DNA of 62,931 nt, filler included, from Octopus bimaculoides (Eukaryota), in the NCBI RefSeq assembly GCF_001194135.2. It is 4 parts of 4 records of this genome, joined end to end, with 100 filler letters (N's around TTAATTAATTAA, not from the genome) between each part and the next. Parts side by side here need not be neighbours in the genome. Positions count along the whole stretch, not along the records: positions 46,250 to 59,252 come from NC_068990.1; positions 59,353 to 62,931 come from NW_026310624.1; 2 more parts are not named here. One strand, given 5' to 3'. The notes beneath the pieces were generated by a model. That model was given only the letters and a program-made list of their open reading frames with translations. It did no database searches and had not been told where the DNA came from. Below are positions 51,585 to 62,931 of this stretch, one piece after another. The translations under genes and the position numbers were made by a program. The first letter of the stretch is position 1. Each line of letters starts with the position of its first letter.

Positions 51585-52500
51585 CAGTCTCGTAAACGCG
51601 TCGCTTTAGAATACTCCACAAGTGTTCTATTGGGTTTCAGCGGGAGAACAGGCAGATCACTTCATCTTTCGAGGTCCACAGAAGCCTAATTGTTGCGGAT
51701 ACACAGTAGTTTTCTTCGTTGTGTGCAAGGTCACATTATCTTGCACATTGTCTTGAAGATGACCCTTCATATTTTAACCAAAGTGCAAGGTACTCTCTCA
51801 GAAAGGCTATGTAGGCATCCGTATTTATTTTAACACCATTAGGCACTTTTTAAGTTCCAACCATACTGACTCCAATAATACCTGCCCAAATTATGATACC
51901 TCCTCCTCCTTGTTTGGCGTCTCAAGAGTTGAGGTCGATCTCGTTCATTTACAACCTATCCCTTGCTCCAACCATCAGGTTCATCGAGTTTAGTCCGTAA
52001 ACAAAACTTTTCAAAACTCGACCTTCGTGTTATCTTCTGCCCATTTCAGACGATTTTGTTTAACGGAAACCCTTTACCTGATGTCATTTCATTGGGTAGT
52101 TCTGGACACAGTTGTGTCGTCATTTCTCAGTAAAATGTGCCCACTTATAAAACCTGGCTTCTGTATAGTTCCACGCTTAATTCGTGACAGAGAATGTTGA
52201 GAAACAGCCCTCTACTACCCCTAAAAGTCTCTCCTACATATCTTCGCAGAAGCTGTAACGATTTTTTCCCCAGTTTCATGATGTCTTCTAATTATTTTTG
52301 ATATTTCTAATGTTGATTTACCTTTTGCAAGTTCAGAAGTAATTACAGATTTCTCAGAAGCAGTTAAGTCACATTTATGATCCATAATTACATGATTATC
52401 AGTTCACTCGTGAGAAATTTGGAACACTAAAAGCTCGTGGAGATCATGCAAACGGCTGCGGTTTGTTTACACTTGCACAAAATCACACGTTAGTTTCACT
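51585..52500 (-). mobile_element. Tc1-like transposon pseudogene
   Basis: MDHKCDLTASEKSVITSELAKGKSTLEISKI (HTH), GGGIIIWAGIIG, QDNVTLH and a decayed C-S-P..N-P-I-E..W..LKRRVY; many stops and frameshifts. Confidence 0.85.
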
Positions 52501-52691
52501 ATATTGCCTCCCTTTTCAATCATAAGATAAGTGCTTTATCGTAGCTAAGAGTTACTTTGGCTCTTATTTCTAGCAATGCTGGTGCTTACTATTACCCTTG
52601 GTCACTTTAGTAACGTCTATTGTTCTGCCTTTTGGCTATAAATTGCGAATAAGCACCTTTCTTTTTATATATACATACATACATACGTATA

Positions 52692-52731
<40 letters not shown>

Positions 52732-53290
52732 NNNNNNNNNNNNNNNNNNNNNNNNNNNNNNNNNNNNNNNNNNNNNNNNNNNNNNNNNNNNNNNNNNNNN
52801 NNNNNNNNNNNNNNNNNNNNNNNNNNNNNNNNNNNNNNNNNNNNNNNNNNNNNNNNNNNNNNNNNNNNNNNNNNNNNNNNNNNNNNNNNNNNNNNNNNNN
52901 NNNNNNNNNNNNNNNNNNNNNNNNNNNNNNNNNNNNNNNNNNNNNNNNNNNNNNNNNNNNNNNNNNNNNNNNNNNNNNNNNNNNNNNNNNNNNNNNNNNN
53001 NNNNNNNNNNNNNNNNNNNNNNNNNNNNNNNNNNNNNNNNNNNNNNNNNNNNNNNNNNNNNNNNNNNNNNNNNNNNNNNNNNNNNNNNNNNNNNNNNNNN
53101 NNNNNNNNNNNNNNNNNNNNNNNNNNNNNNNNNNNNNNNNNNNNNNNNNNNNNNNNNNNNNNNNNNNNNNNNNNNNNNNNNNNNNNNNNNNNNNNNNNNN
53201 NNNNNNNNNNNNNNNNNNNNNNNNNNNNNNNNNNNNNNNNNNNNNNNNNNNNNNNNNNNNNNNNNNNNNNNNNNNNNNNNNNNNNNNNNN

Positions 53291-53330
<40 letters not shown>

Positions 53331-55708
53331 ATGTAAGTATACTTTTTTGTTTGTTTTTTTAATACATATTTGTATGATCGGTACCATCATTATGATGTGT
53401 TTTCTTTTGATATCTGATTAGTGGCCAGCAAAATTCACACTGGTTACTAATTAAATAACAAGGCTATTTTCTTTGAGTCACAAGCGCTCTTATATTCTGG
53501 GAATATATTAACGAGTGTGTGCATAAATATTGGTGCAGTAATAAACATACTTGCGATCAGTATGCAGGTGTGAGTTTCCTTAATCGTTAAGTATATTATA
53601 TGCAGACATGATTGTGTCTTTATGTTCATTCCAGGATACTTCAAGATTTTTTTTTTTTGGACTCCTTTACAAATCTTTATTACCATTAATCGATTAGATT
53701 TAGAGGCTAAGGATCAGTTTATTTTCTTATTTCCGTGTTTCATTTTATGCAAAAAGTGTTCTTACAAATCCCACACAACGTTGATATTAGCTACAAAAGA
53801 AATTTATTGACTTAATAGATTTCTCATTTATTCTCCCTTACTTTTTTTCGCATTCGCTACTCAGCTTATATATGTTGCTAAGGTTGCCTCCGCGACAATG
53901 CATAAATGTTTATGTTTCCTATAGAATTATGATCTATTGTATTTCTATTGAATTGTATTTATTATAATCTTCCATTCCATTTTTTTTTTTTTATTTCATA
54001 GTCTCTTTAAGTTGACATTTGCAGCATCGCAGAGGCAATTTTTTTATTCAGTGTTTAAGTAACTGGACTTTGGTCGTGGTGGGGTACCGCCATCAAGAGT
54101 TAGTTGATCAAATCAACGTCGAGATTTCTTTTCAGCACGGTGCATATTCAATAGAGTATTTTGCTAAACTGCTAAGTTACGGGATGGGCGAAAACAACAC
54201 CAGTTTTCAAGCAATGATAGATGCGCACAAGCATAAAGATACGAGCCCAGGCATGCACGTATAGACACAAATATAAATGTTTATGTATACAGGCTGTATT
54301 AACGTCCCCGAAACTTGACGGTTCGGCAAAACTGACTGATAGAATAAGTACTAGACTTACAAAGAATAAGTCCTGGGATCGATTTGTTCGACTTCAGGGG
54401 GTACTCCAGCATGGCTGTGGTCAAATGACTGGAACAATTAAAAGAGTATATCACTGGTTTTTGCTTACTTTTCGTCTAACAAATTCATTCAGAAACCAAC
54501 AATCATTCAAACTCTAGTGCAAGAAACCGACACCAGGTGCTGAGCAGCCGAATCTACGTAGATGCAAAGCAAATTTCTTAATCAAAGAGCAATTCCTGCA
54601 CCAAAATACACAATCACACACACATACACTTATTCTCTTATCATAACTTACTGTTTTGCTACTCAATAGCTTTTTCTTGTTTCTCGATACCAAAGGCATA
54701 TCCTATCAATAGAATGGGATGTATCTGTAAAAGATTATATGTTCTGTCAAATTTGTTAGGCATCTTCAAGCTGCAGGATGTCCAGCCATAAATAACGTTC
54801 TGCTGTTATGCTCAGTGATTCACCTACAATTTCCGTTTAGTTTGGTTAGTCCAAATTCCCGTGGTTCACATGACAGAGCTGAAGAATGTCCAAATATCAA
54901 CGGACTGAAAAAGGCAATGTACTTTACCCAACTTTTTATGCTGTATCTAAGATATTTGCTTCTCGAACCACAAATAAACCAGATTCAGAAATTTAATACC
55001 ATTCTGTTGAGAGTATTTCAAACAACCAAACTCTGCCTGCAAAAGCTTAACATGGCCAGAACACCAAACTTCGGTATGCAAATAACTATACTTCGTCAAT
55101 CCATTGTTTTCAACATAATCTGATCGCTTTGCCCAGATTGTCAATAATTGTAAATATCAAAATGATTGCACAATCTGTTCAAAGGATTAATTCCATATTT
55201 ACGTAGAACCCAAACAAAAAATCTATTTTCTGAAATATTTTCATGATTTCACGTGCGGAAAAAAAAATCTCTTCCTAATACCATGGATGATTTCATAAAT
55301 GCTTCCCCTTGAAACATTACCGTGTACACTTGTTGGAAAAACATATAGAGAAGGAATTCTTGAGAAACCAAAAGATATGATTAGGTTCTATGGTGCTGAC
55401 GCACAGAAAATGATGAGAAGTGAGAGTTGTGTGCGTCAGAAATGCTTGTTGGCTGTGACTTGGGTGCTGTTAACTGCACAGAAGAGCTGTTAAAGTGGTG
55501 GTAGAAAATGATGAGAGAAGACAAAGGTTGGTGGTGGGTCGTTAAGTGATTGTATGCCAATATCTATCTATCTGTATTCATTTCTCTTTCTCGCTCTCTC
55601 TTCCTATATTCTCTTCTTTCTCTGAATATATATAATATATATATAGAAAGTGAGGGAGAGGAGAGAAAAATAGAGATGTGTTTATACATATGCATATACA
55701 GATATACA

Positions 55709-55740
<32 letters not shown>

Positions 55741-55817
55741 NNNNNNNNNNNNNNNNNNNNNNNNNNNNNNNNNNNNNNNNNNNNNNNNNNNNNNNNNNNN
55801 NNNNNNNNNNNNNNNNN

Positions 55818-55875
<58 letters not shown>

Positions 55876-56864
55876 CATTGTGCTGCTGCAATCATCATCG
55901 GTCCGTCGTGCTTGAGCGAGAAAGTATTCATTCTTTTTCAGAATGAATTTACCGAGAACCAAAACCATGAATTATTGATTTCTTGCCCTCACATATCGAG
56001 GTTCTTGATTTGTAATCTATTATACCGCCTAATGGATGAAGCATTATGAACTGTTTTATTGAGCTGTCCGACAGAATGTATTGCATCTTAAACGCTACTT
56101 TTCTGTTGAGTATTACATTTTATTGTTTTGGCTGCCTGCCTGCTTTATATTATTAATGCCTAGTCTCGATAACATTTTAATGTATTTATCTTATTTGGGT
56201 TTTTTTTCGCAAATTCCATTCCTTTTACATTTTTCACTGTAATCTCTCGGAATACTAAAGAAAATTTGTTTTTTAAACTTTCTTTTTCAATAGCACCTTA
56301 TTTTTATTCCACTTTGCACCGTTCAATATAACGTTTGTCTGCTATGAATAGCTTCGCATACGAAAAACTTAAATAAGGTTAATTTAATTAAGTTTACTTT
56401 CCATAAACCGTTATATATTTATGCATACACGCGTAACTCGGTTTTGTTTAAATCTGTATTTTCCAAGAAGTACCTGGTAGCTATTTCAAAAGTTCTATGT
56501 TTAGTCTTTTACCTGGGAGTGTTCTTGAGTCAGTGTGAGAGTGGCAAGTTTAATCAGAATCGATGTATGTATATGCAGTTACACACACACACAGAGGTAG
56601 ATAGATACCTGCATACATATACACATTTATTTGCTAATATTCCTGTGTACTATGGCAACATACGTATATTGTGTAGGCGTGTATATATATATAAATATAT
56701 GTGTGTGTGAGTGTGTGTATGTATGCATGTATGTCATTATACAGCTTTATTTCAAGATGTCTTGCCAATAGAAGAGCTGATTTCTAGCCTACATCCAAGG
56801 CCCCTTCAACGAATTTCAACAACGACAGAGTATTTTAGTATGTATTTATACATTTATATATATA

Positions 56865-56916
<52 letters not shown>

Positions 56917-56979
56917 TGTCTGTGTGTGTGTGTGTGCATTTTCGTGAGCATAGTTACATATATAGGCAAGCTAATATAG

Positions 56980-57163
56980 AGTTAAATTATAAGATTCTGG
57001 GAAGTTTTAGAGAATTTTACAGTTCCAGTATTGACTTGAATCTGTAGTCTTCGAAACAGCTTTCGCCTTTTTGGTTTTGAATGTGGTACATATCCCAGTG
57101 CCCCAATAATTACAGATACAAATCTAAACTTGTAATCTCGGTAGAATAACTTCAGATTTCTCA

Positions 57164-57165
<2 letters not shown>
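56980..57165 (-). mobile_element. 3' end of an RLE-type non-LTR retrotransposon
   Basis: LRNLKLFYRDYKFRFVSVIIGALGYV...RKLFRRLQIQVNTGTVKFSKT; the IIGALG motif parallels the 15567-15755 element. Confidence 0.7.
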
Positions 57166-57196
<31 letters not shown>

Positions 57197-57739
57197 TGTA
57201 TGTATGTATGTATATATGTATGTATGTATGAAGGCAATCTTGATCTCCAACGTCAAGTCCAAGTTGTGTTAGATCGCAGAAAACTACGTTATTTACCTTG
57301 AAATTATCTCTCTTATGCACTTGTGGTGTATGAAAGCACTCGTAATTATAACGTTGATAGAGGTGAACCATTTTCTACAGCCGCCAGAAGTGCCTGACCA
57401 CGTAATTTCTCCCTTCTGCGCTCTTCTCAGTGACATATCCAGCACCGAAATTGCTCCAGTATCCACCTACGTATGTAGATATGCTTGAGGACTTAAAGAT
57501 TTCTGGTTTGGTAACCAAGTCTACACTTAGCCTACCAGAGCGTATAGCGCGTTGAACCGTGGCGAAGGCAACTAACGAAGGTGGAAACCTCAAATAAATA
57601 AAATCTGAGTTATAATGGTCATCGTGTAAATAATTACACGAAACATTTGTTATGAGCATTTCCGGAAATACTGGAAGTCAAATAACCTATGTCGGTAGAC
57701 TGACAAATATTTTATTAGTTTCAAATTTTGACAAAAGGC

Positions 57740-57915
57740 CAGGGATTTCGTGGGGTGGTTTAAGTGGATTATATCGACTCCAGTGTTCAAATGGTACTTA
57801 TTTTTATGCACCACGAAAGGATGAAAGGCAAGTCGAACATGGCAAAATTTGAACTTAAAGCATAAAAACGAACGAAGTGACACTAGGCATTTTACTTGGC
57901 ACGTTAACGACTCGC
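57740..57915 (-). mobile_element. SINE family A (diverged)
   Basis: CGAAAGGATGAAAGGCAAGTCGAACATGGCAAAATTTGAAC. Confidence 0.7.
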
Positions 57916-58164
57916 TGCCTTTCTGGAAAATATAATATTTGCTGTTCAGTTCCTATTCGTGTAAAACGATCTGACGAGAGAATGTAAATGCGAAATCACT
58001 GCTGATCTGGTTAGACCAGGTGCTTAAGGGGTTGCCTCCCTTGTCAGTAAATAAGATGGTGCATATTGTTGCTATGAGTTGATTTGACTCTTATTTCTAG
58101 CAATACTGGTGTCTCAATATCGCCCTCAGTCGATTTAGTGATCCGTATATATATATATATATAT

Positions 58165-58850
58165 ATTGTGTTGGCAAGAAAGTCATTTTTTTTCTATACA
58201 AAGAATAAATTTAATTATATATTTTCCATTTTCTTCGATGATCTGTCTGGCAACTCCACTATTCCGCGCTCATAGAGCTTTTGGTCCTTATCAACCAATA
58301 GCTGGAGCAAGTTCAATTTCAGGTCATCATCATTATAAAAGGTTTTACCATTCAAACAATTTCGCAAACATCGAAATGAATTATAATCTAATGGTGTAAG
58401 GACAGGGCTCTATGGTGGATGTGACATCACTTTCCAACCAAGGCCCAATAACTTTTCCCGTGTTATCAAAGACCTGTGTGGTCTAGCGTTGTCATGATGG
58501 AACAAGACTCCTTTATGATTTGCCAAATCTGGCCGTTTTTCTTTGATTGCTTCTTCCAGTTTCATTAGTTGTTGACAGTAAACATCTAAATTGATCGTTT
58601 GTTTCCTTGGAAGCAGCTCAACATACACAACACATTTGTATTCCCACCAAATTAACTGCATGACCATGTTTTGATGCAATTCAACTCTCGATGTGGTTTG
58701 TGCCGGTCCATTACGCTTGGACCATCACCTGTGATGATTCATTTCAAGAAAAGGTCGATTTATTTGCGTTTGAGATGCATATTGCAAATTTTGTTTCGTT
58801 GTGTTAAGTGAATCTCTTTCAATTTATCTGTAACCCAAATATCGAACTTC
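58165..58850 (-). mobile_element. DD34D mariner transposase pseudogene with TIR-like end
   Basis: HHDNARPH...GWKVMSHPP*SPVLTPLDY has 34 residues between the catalytic Asp residues; TATTGTGTTGGCAA terminus near 58165. Confidence 0.9.
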
Positions 58851-58876
58851 TAAACGAGTCCAAGATATTTAAAGTC

Positions 58877-58960
58877 CTATTCAGTTGCGTGTGACACATT
58901 TAACGTCTCTGGTGGTGTTGGTAGTAAGGTTTTTCTGTTGGGGGTATTTGGTAGTTGCTT

Positions 58961-58991
<31 letters not shown>

Positions 58992-59252
58992 GCGGCCAGA
59001 GGGCAGTCCTTTTTCAGATGTGCTTCGCTGTTGCATAGGTAACAGCGAGGTCGCCTGCCCTCTACCACCACATACAGCTTGTGGTCCTCTGCCAATCTAA
59101 TGTTTGGAGGAATTTTCTGTGAAGCCTCCTCCGTGATGTGGAGAAGGATTTCCAGATTTTTCCCTCCCCAGTTCTTTTCCTCTCCGACCGTAATCTCCAA
59201 AATATTTGCCTCCTCCATTTCCAGGCACACGGCCGATATCAGCCATTGGGTG
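58877..59252 (-). mobile_element. LINE ORF1/gag-like fragment with CCHC zinc knuckle, cut by the spacer
   Basis: VVVEGRRPRCYLCNSEAHLKKDCP = C-X2-C-X4-H-X4-C. Confidence 0.8.
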
Positions 59253-59352
59253 NNNNNNNNNNNNNNNNNNNNNNNNNNNNNNNNNNNNNNNNNNNNTTAA
59301 TTAATTAANNNNNNNNNNNNNNNNNNNNNNNNNNNNNNNNNNNNNNNNNNNN
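59253..59352. other. Synthetic assembly spacer N44-TTAATTAATTAA-N44
   Basis: Same 100-bp structure as at 22317. Confidence 0.95.
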
Positions 59353-59844
59353 TATACATATATACATATATATATATATACATACATATATATACATATA
59401 CACACACATAATCTCTACTTAATGCTGTAAAGTTCAGCTGTCAATGTAGTCTACAGCTTTAGCTACTTAATGGTTAAATCACACTTTAAACTATTTTATG
59501 CAAATAATTATCAAACTTGTCAGAACAGATTAGAAATATAATGAAGCCAGTGTTAAACATGTAGTTCCCCCTTTTATTATGATTGTCCCTCTCTGTACTC
59601 AGTTCAAAACCAATTTGAACCTACAGTAAGTATCAATATGAATCCTAGGCCTTCACTCAACCCCACTCCACCAACAAATGTTGAGTCCTTAAACCAATAT
59701 GAAGAAATTATTTATTTTTTTATTACTACTGCAATTATTACTATTATTTTTTTTTTTTTTTGATAGTTCAGTGAGGGAAAGCGAGAAATCATTTTAGGTG
59801 ATTGCTAATTTCTCTACAAGTAACAATCTGTAATACTATTGGCA

Positions 59845-60040
59845 TAAGGCCTGCAATTTTGGTGAAGAGGGCTAATCGATTAGTGATCTTAGTGCTCGAC
59901 TGGTACTTATTTTATCGATCCCGAAAGGATGAAAGGCAAAGTCTACCTTAGCAGAAATTGAACTCAGAATATAAAGATGGGTGAAATGCTGCTAAGCCTT
60001 TTGCTTAGTGTGCTAATGATTCTGCCAGCTCACAGCCTTT
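59845..60040 (-). mobile_element. SINE family A
   Basis: GATCCCGAAAGGATGAAAGGCAAAGTC...CTGCCAGCTCACAGCC. Confidence 0.85.
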
Positions 60041-60979
60041 AGGCATTTTGCAATAGTAAAACAATAAAATTTAGTAATAATAAATAATAATAATATAGAC
60101 TGCAGAGATTTTTCATTTACTAAATTCGAGAGTAATAACACCACAAATGATCTATTGGTTTTAATAACAACACCAAATTTCTAAACATTGTTGCTACTTT
60201 ATTTAAAATATATAATAGACAATTAAACAGGATAAATTTGTGGTGATGAAGCACATGTCTAAAGAGTAGATAATGTGCTCAAATTTTGTTAAGATGTTAT
60301 ATTCTCACTTCTACAGCAATGTCATGCGAGTATATACAGTATGTGTATACAAAAATGCCTGTTGCTGAACGTGTGTAAGCATGCTTATCGATAGATAGAT
60401 AGATACAGACATACACATCTAAAGTTATGTGGTGTGCTGGTTATGCATAACAAGTAACTGCATGTAGAAATACGTTTCCAACTGCATGCATGTGTGCATG
60501 TGTGAAACTCGAGCTTATAACACAACTAGACATTACGTATTGTCTGAAATGCTGTGAATGAAGAGATAAACGCTTGACGAGATTTCTTCGAAAATATTGG
60601 TGAATTAAGAAATTGCAGTTATAATAGAGGATTAATAGTTGTAGTCTATGACTAAATAATTTGTTCTTATAAGACAGTAAGAGAGGGATGCTCTACCAGC
60701 AAGAGTAATGATGTAAAGGCAAGCATCGACCGCCAGCAACTGTATAATGAATTATGATCTTGTGGTGATTTTCAGGGGAGCTAGCAATAGTGACAACCTC
60801 CATGGAGGACAGGGTGGAGAAGAGACTGCCAGCACGCAGCCAAGTTAGAGTTTGGGGAGTGGAGTTACAGAGGAAGGGAAATTGATTAGTAAACGACACT
60901 GAGAAAGACCTTGATTTGAGGGGCCAGGAAGAAACTAGGCGATTATGTTAAGTGTGGTTGTGTATGAGAGAGAGAGAGA

Positions 60980-61018
<39 letters not shown>

Positions 61019-62123
61019 AGTTTGGGTCTGTGTGTGAGCACACGCATATTAAGGCATTAGTTTATATTATGGTGAAATTTAACATTCGAACTATTCCAGT
61101 TACGTTGATTCCAGTGTTGTCATTCAGCCCCTTCTCTCCCATTTAGTACTGATACAGCAGAGCTTAGGATCAAAGGAGTTCCATTTGTGACCATGCCATC
61201 TGTTATCAGATACACTTTCTAGGATTGCATAAGCTAAGAGCGTCCTTTAAAAAAGAGCTGTAAGTGATTTAGCTCTTAATTCAAAGAAAGGCCAGAGATC
61301 ATGCACGGAGGCTCGATTTATGACCATCTCATAAATGTGTCATTGTTTAGCCCGCAATGGATCTGACAAAGCATGGTCGATGATCATCAAAATTATTCCA
61401 GCAATAACTATCCTGCTTTTCTTTTTTGTCCAGTATCTGGCAATTAAGAGACATTTTGCTGCTTGCTATGTCATCCAGCAAGTTGCACAGCCACACAGAG
61501 ATGGCCTCGTTTCATACCTACAGGTGTGTAATTCAAAGTATATTTAGTAAAACATAAAGAGATTTAAAAAATGTAAAAAGGAAAATCAAACACAAGCAAG
61601 TCATAGGAAAAATGTAGGTTTTTGTAGTAGAGGTTATTTCTTTTAATTTTACAGATCTCATGTTACACAGACTACATATATGTGTGCATGCACACGCACA
61701 AAAGACATCCACCCAGTACTGATTTTGTACAACAAAGCATTTACAACTGGTTGCACAAGAGACAGTAGAGCACTGTAAAGACCCTTTAACACACAAAAAA
61801 AAAACCAGATTATCTAGAATTAAATAGGTCAGTTATGAAAATGAGAGAGACTAAACTAGCTGAACCATGGTTGGTTTAGTCTACCAGGTGTATATCATTT
61901 GAACAAAAATGTACTAACATAAGCCCTTAATAAACATACCAGAGTTTAAACGTGTCAATATCCCATGTGTGTGTGTAGGCACGAAATTGCGTTTCACTTT
62001 GGCCCATAACCGATGAGGAGTTGAGGACATTCTGTAACTGTATTCCGTTCATCTATGCAATTCCTATATGTTTTAACTTTTATATATACATATACAAAAA
62101 TATCTATATATATATATACCTAA

Positions 62124-62182
<59 letters not shown>

Positions 62183-62254
62183 AATATATATATAGAGAGT
62201 GCATGAATATATACGGGATGGCCTCCACTAACGCCTGCACAGTTGTCACACCAA

Positions 62255-62931
62255 CATCTTTACTAAATATTGGGGGCCTGTTGCATCATAATAAATGCAA
62301 AATTTCTTTCCTGAGAGATCTTGTTGCATGCAATCAAGCCCTATGCATAGCACTCATGGAAACTCACCTCAGCTCTGATATAGAGGATGCAGAAGTACAC
62401 GTAACAAAATATACCATACTGCACACAGACAGAAAGGAAAGAAGGCATGGTGGAGTTGCTGTATACATCCGTGATGACCTCACACCCCAGGTCTTACACT
62501 ATCATACTCAAATTCAGTATGTGACACTCTAATTGTATACATAAGACAACACAATATAGGCATATGCAAAACATATTGCCTACACCAGACATTGACATGA
62601 AAATAGAATGTTTCATATCTGTTGTGCAAGCCATAGGCAAGAGATATGTCCCACACCACAAGGCCAAAACAAATACAAACAAGATTCTAAGGTAGAGAAA
62701 GATCCTCATGAGACGATGGACAAAGGTTGCAAGTTCACTCAGCCAACATCCCAGAAGTAGCGAAAGGTCCACTGATAGAGATTGAAAATGGCTGCAACAA
62801 TCATATGTGAGGGAGAAAGCAGACGAAGAATCCTCAGTTATAAAAAACCCAAAGGCCTTGTTACATTACATGAAAGAAACAAACTCAGTACGCTATAAGA
62901 TAGGACACCACTTCCAAAAGGATGGCTCCTC
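62255..62931 (+). mobile_element. CR1-group LINE ORF2 (APE endonuclease) pseudogene, runs off the window end
   Basis: LLNIGGL..IALMETHL..DRKERRHGGVAVYIRDDL (APE motifs), later IKNPKALLHYMK..IGHHFQKDGS linker; frameshifted. Confidence 0.85.

Noticed and set aside
57966-58015. CTGACGAG...CGAAAT...ATC hammerhead-like core
   Set aside because: Stem I cannot form and stem II has only one pair.

Overview
AT-rich, repeat-dense animal genomic DNA from a gapped short-read assembly. The SINE families and microsatellite load suggest an octopus genome; this is an inference, not a database match. Three synthetic 100-bp spacers (N44-TTAATTAATTAA-N44) split the window into four blocks (1-22316, 22417-46149, 46250-59252, 59353-62931) that may not be neighbours in the genome. 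Contents: many copies of four SINE-like families; decayed Tc1/mariner fragments (DD34D, DD37D, Tc1-like); non-LTR fragments (RTE, CR1-group, CCHC-knuckle ORF1, three restriction-like-endonuclease elements); Penelope-like remnants; tandem arrays of short elements; and di-, tri- and tetranucleotide microsatellites. Almost all long ORFs in the supplied track are microsatellite or N-gap artefacts. I found no intact host gene, rRNA, tRNA gene or CRISPR array. The best-supported unusual signal is a near-canonical type I hammerhead ribozyme on the minus strand at 23641-23708. Others are a perfect 116-bp-arm palindrome, retroelements sitting in (TTA)n SINE tails, and a small ORF whose internal repeat differs mostly at synonymous sites. 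Candidate host exons are low-confidence hypotheses only. I see no compelling evidence for a new multi-gene system.
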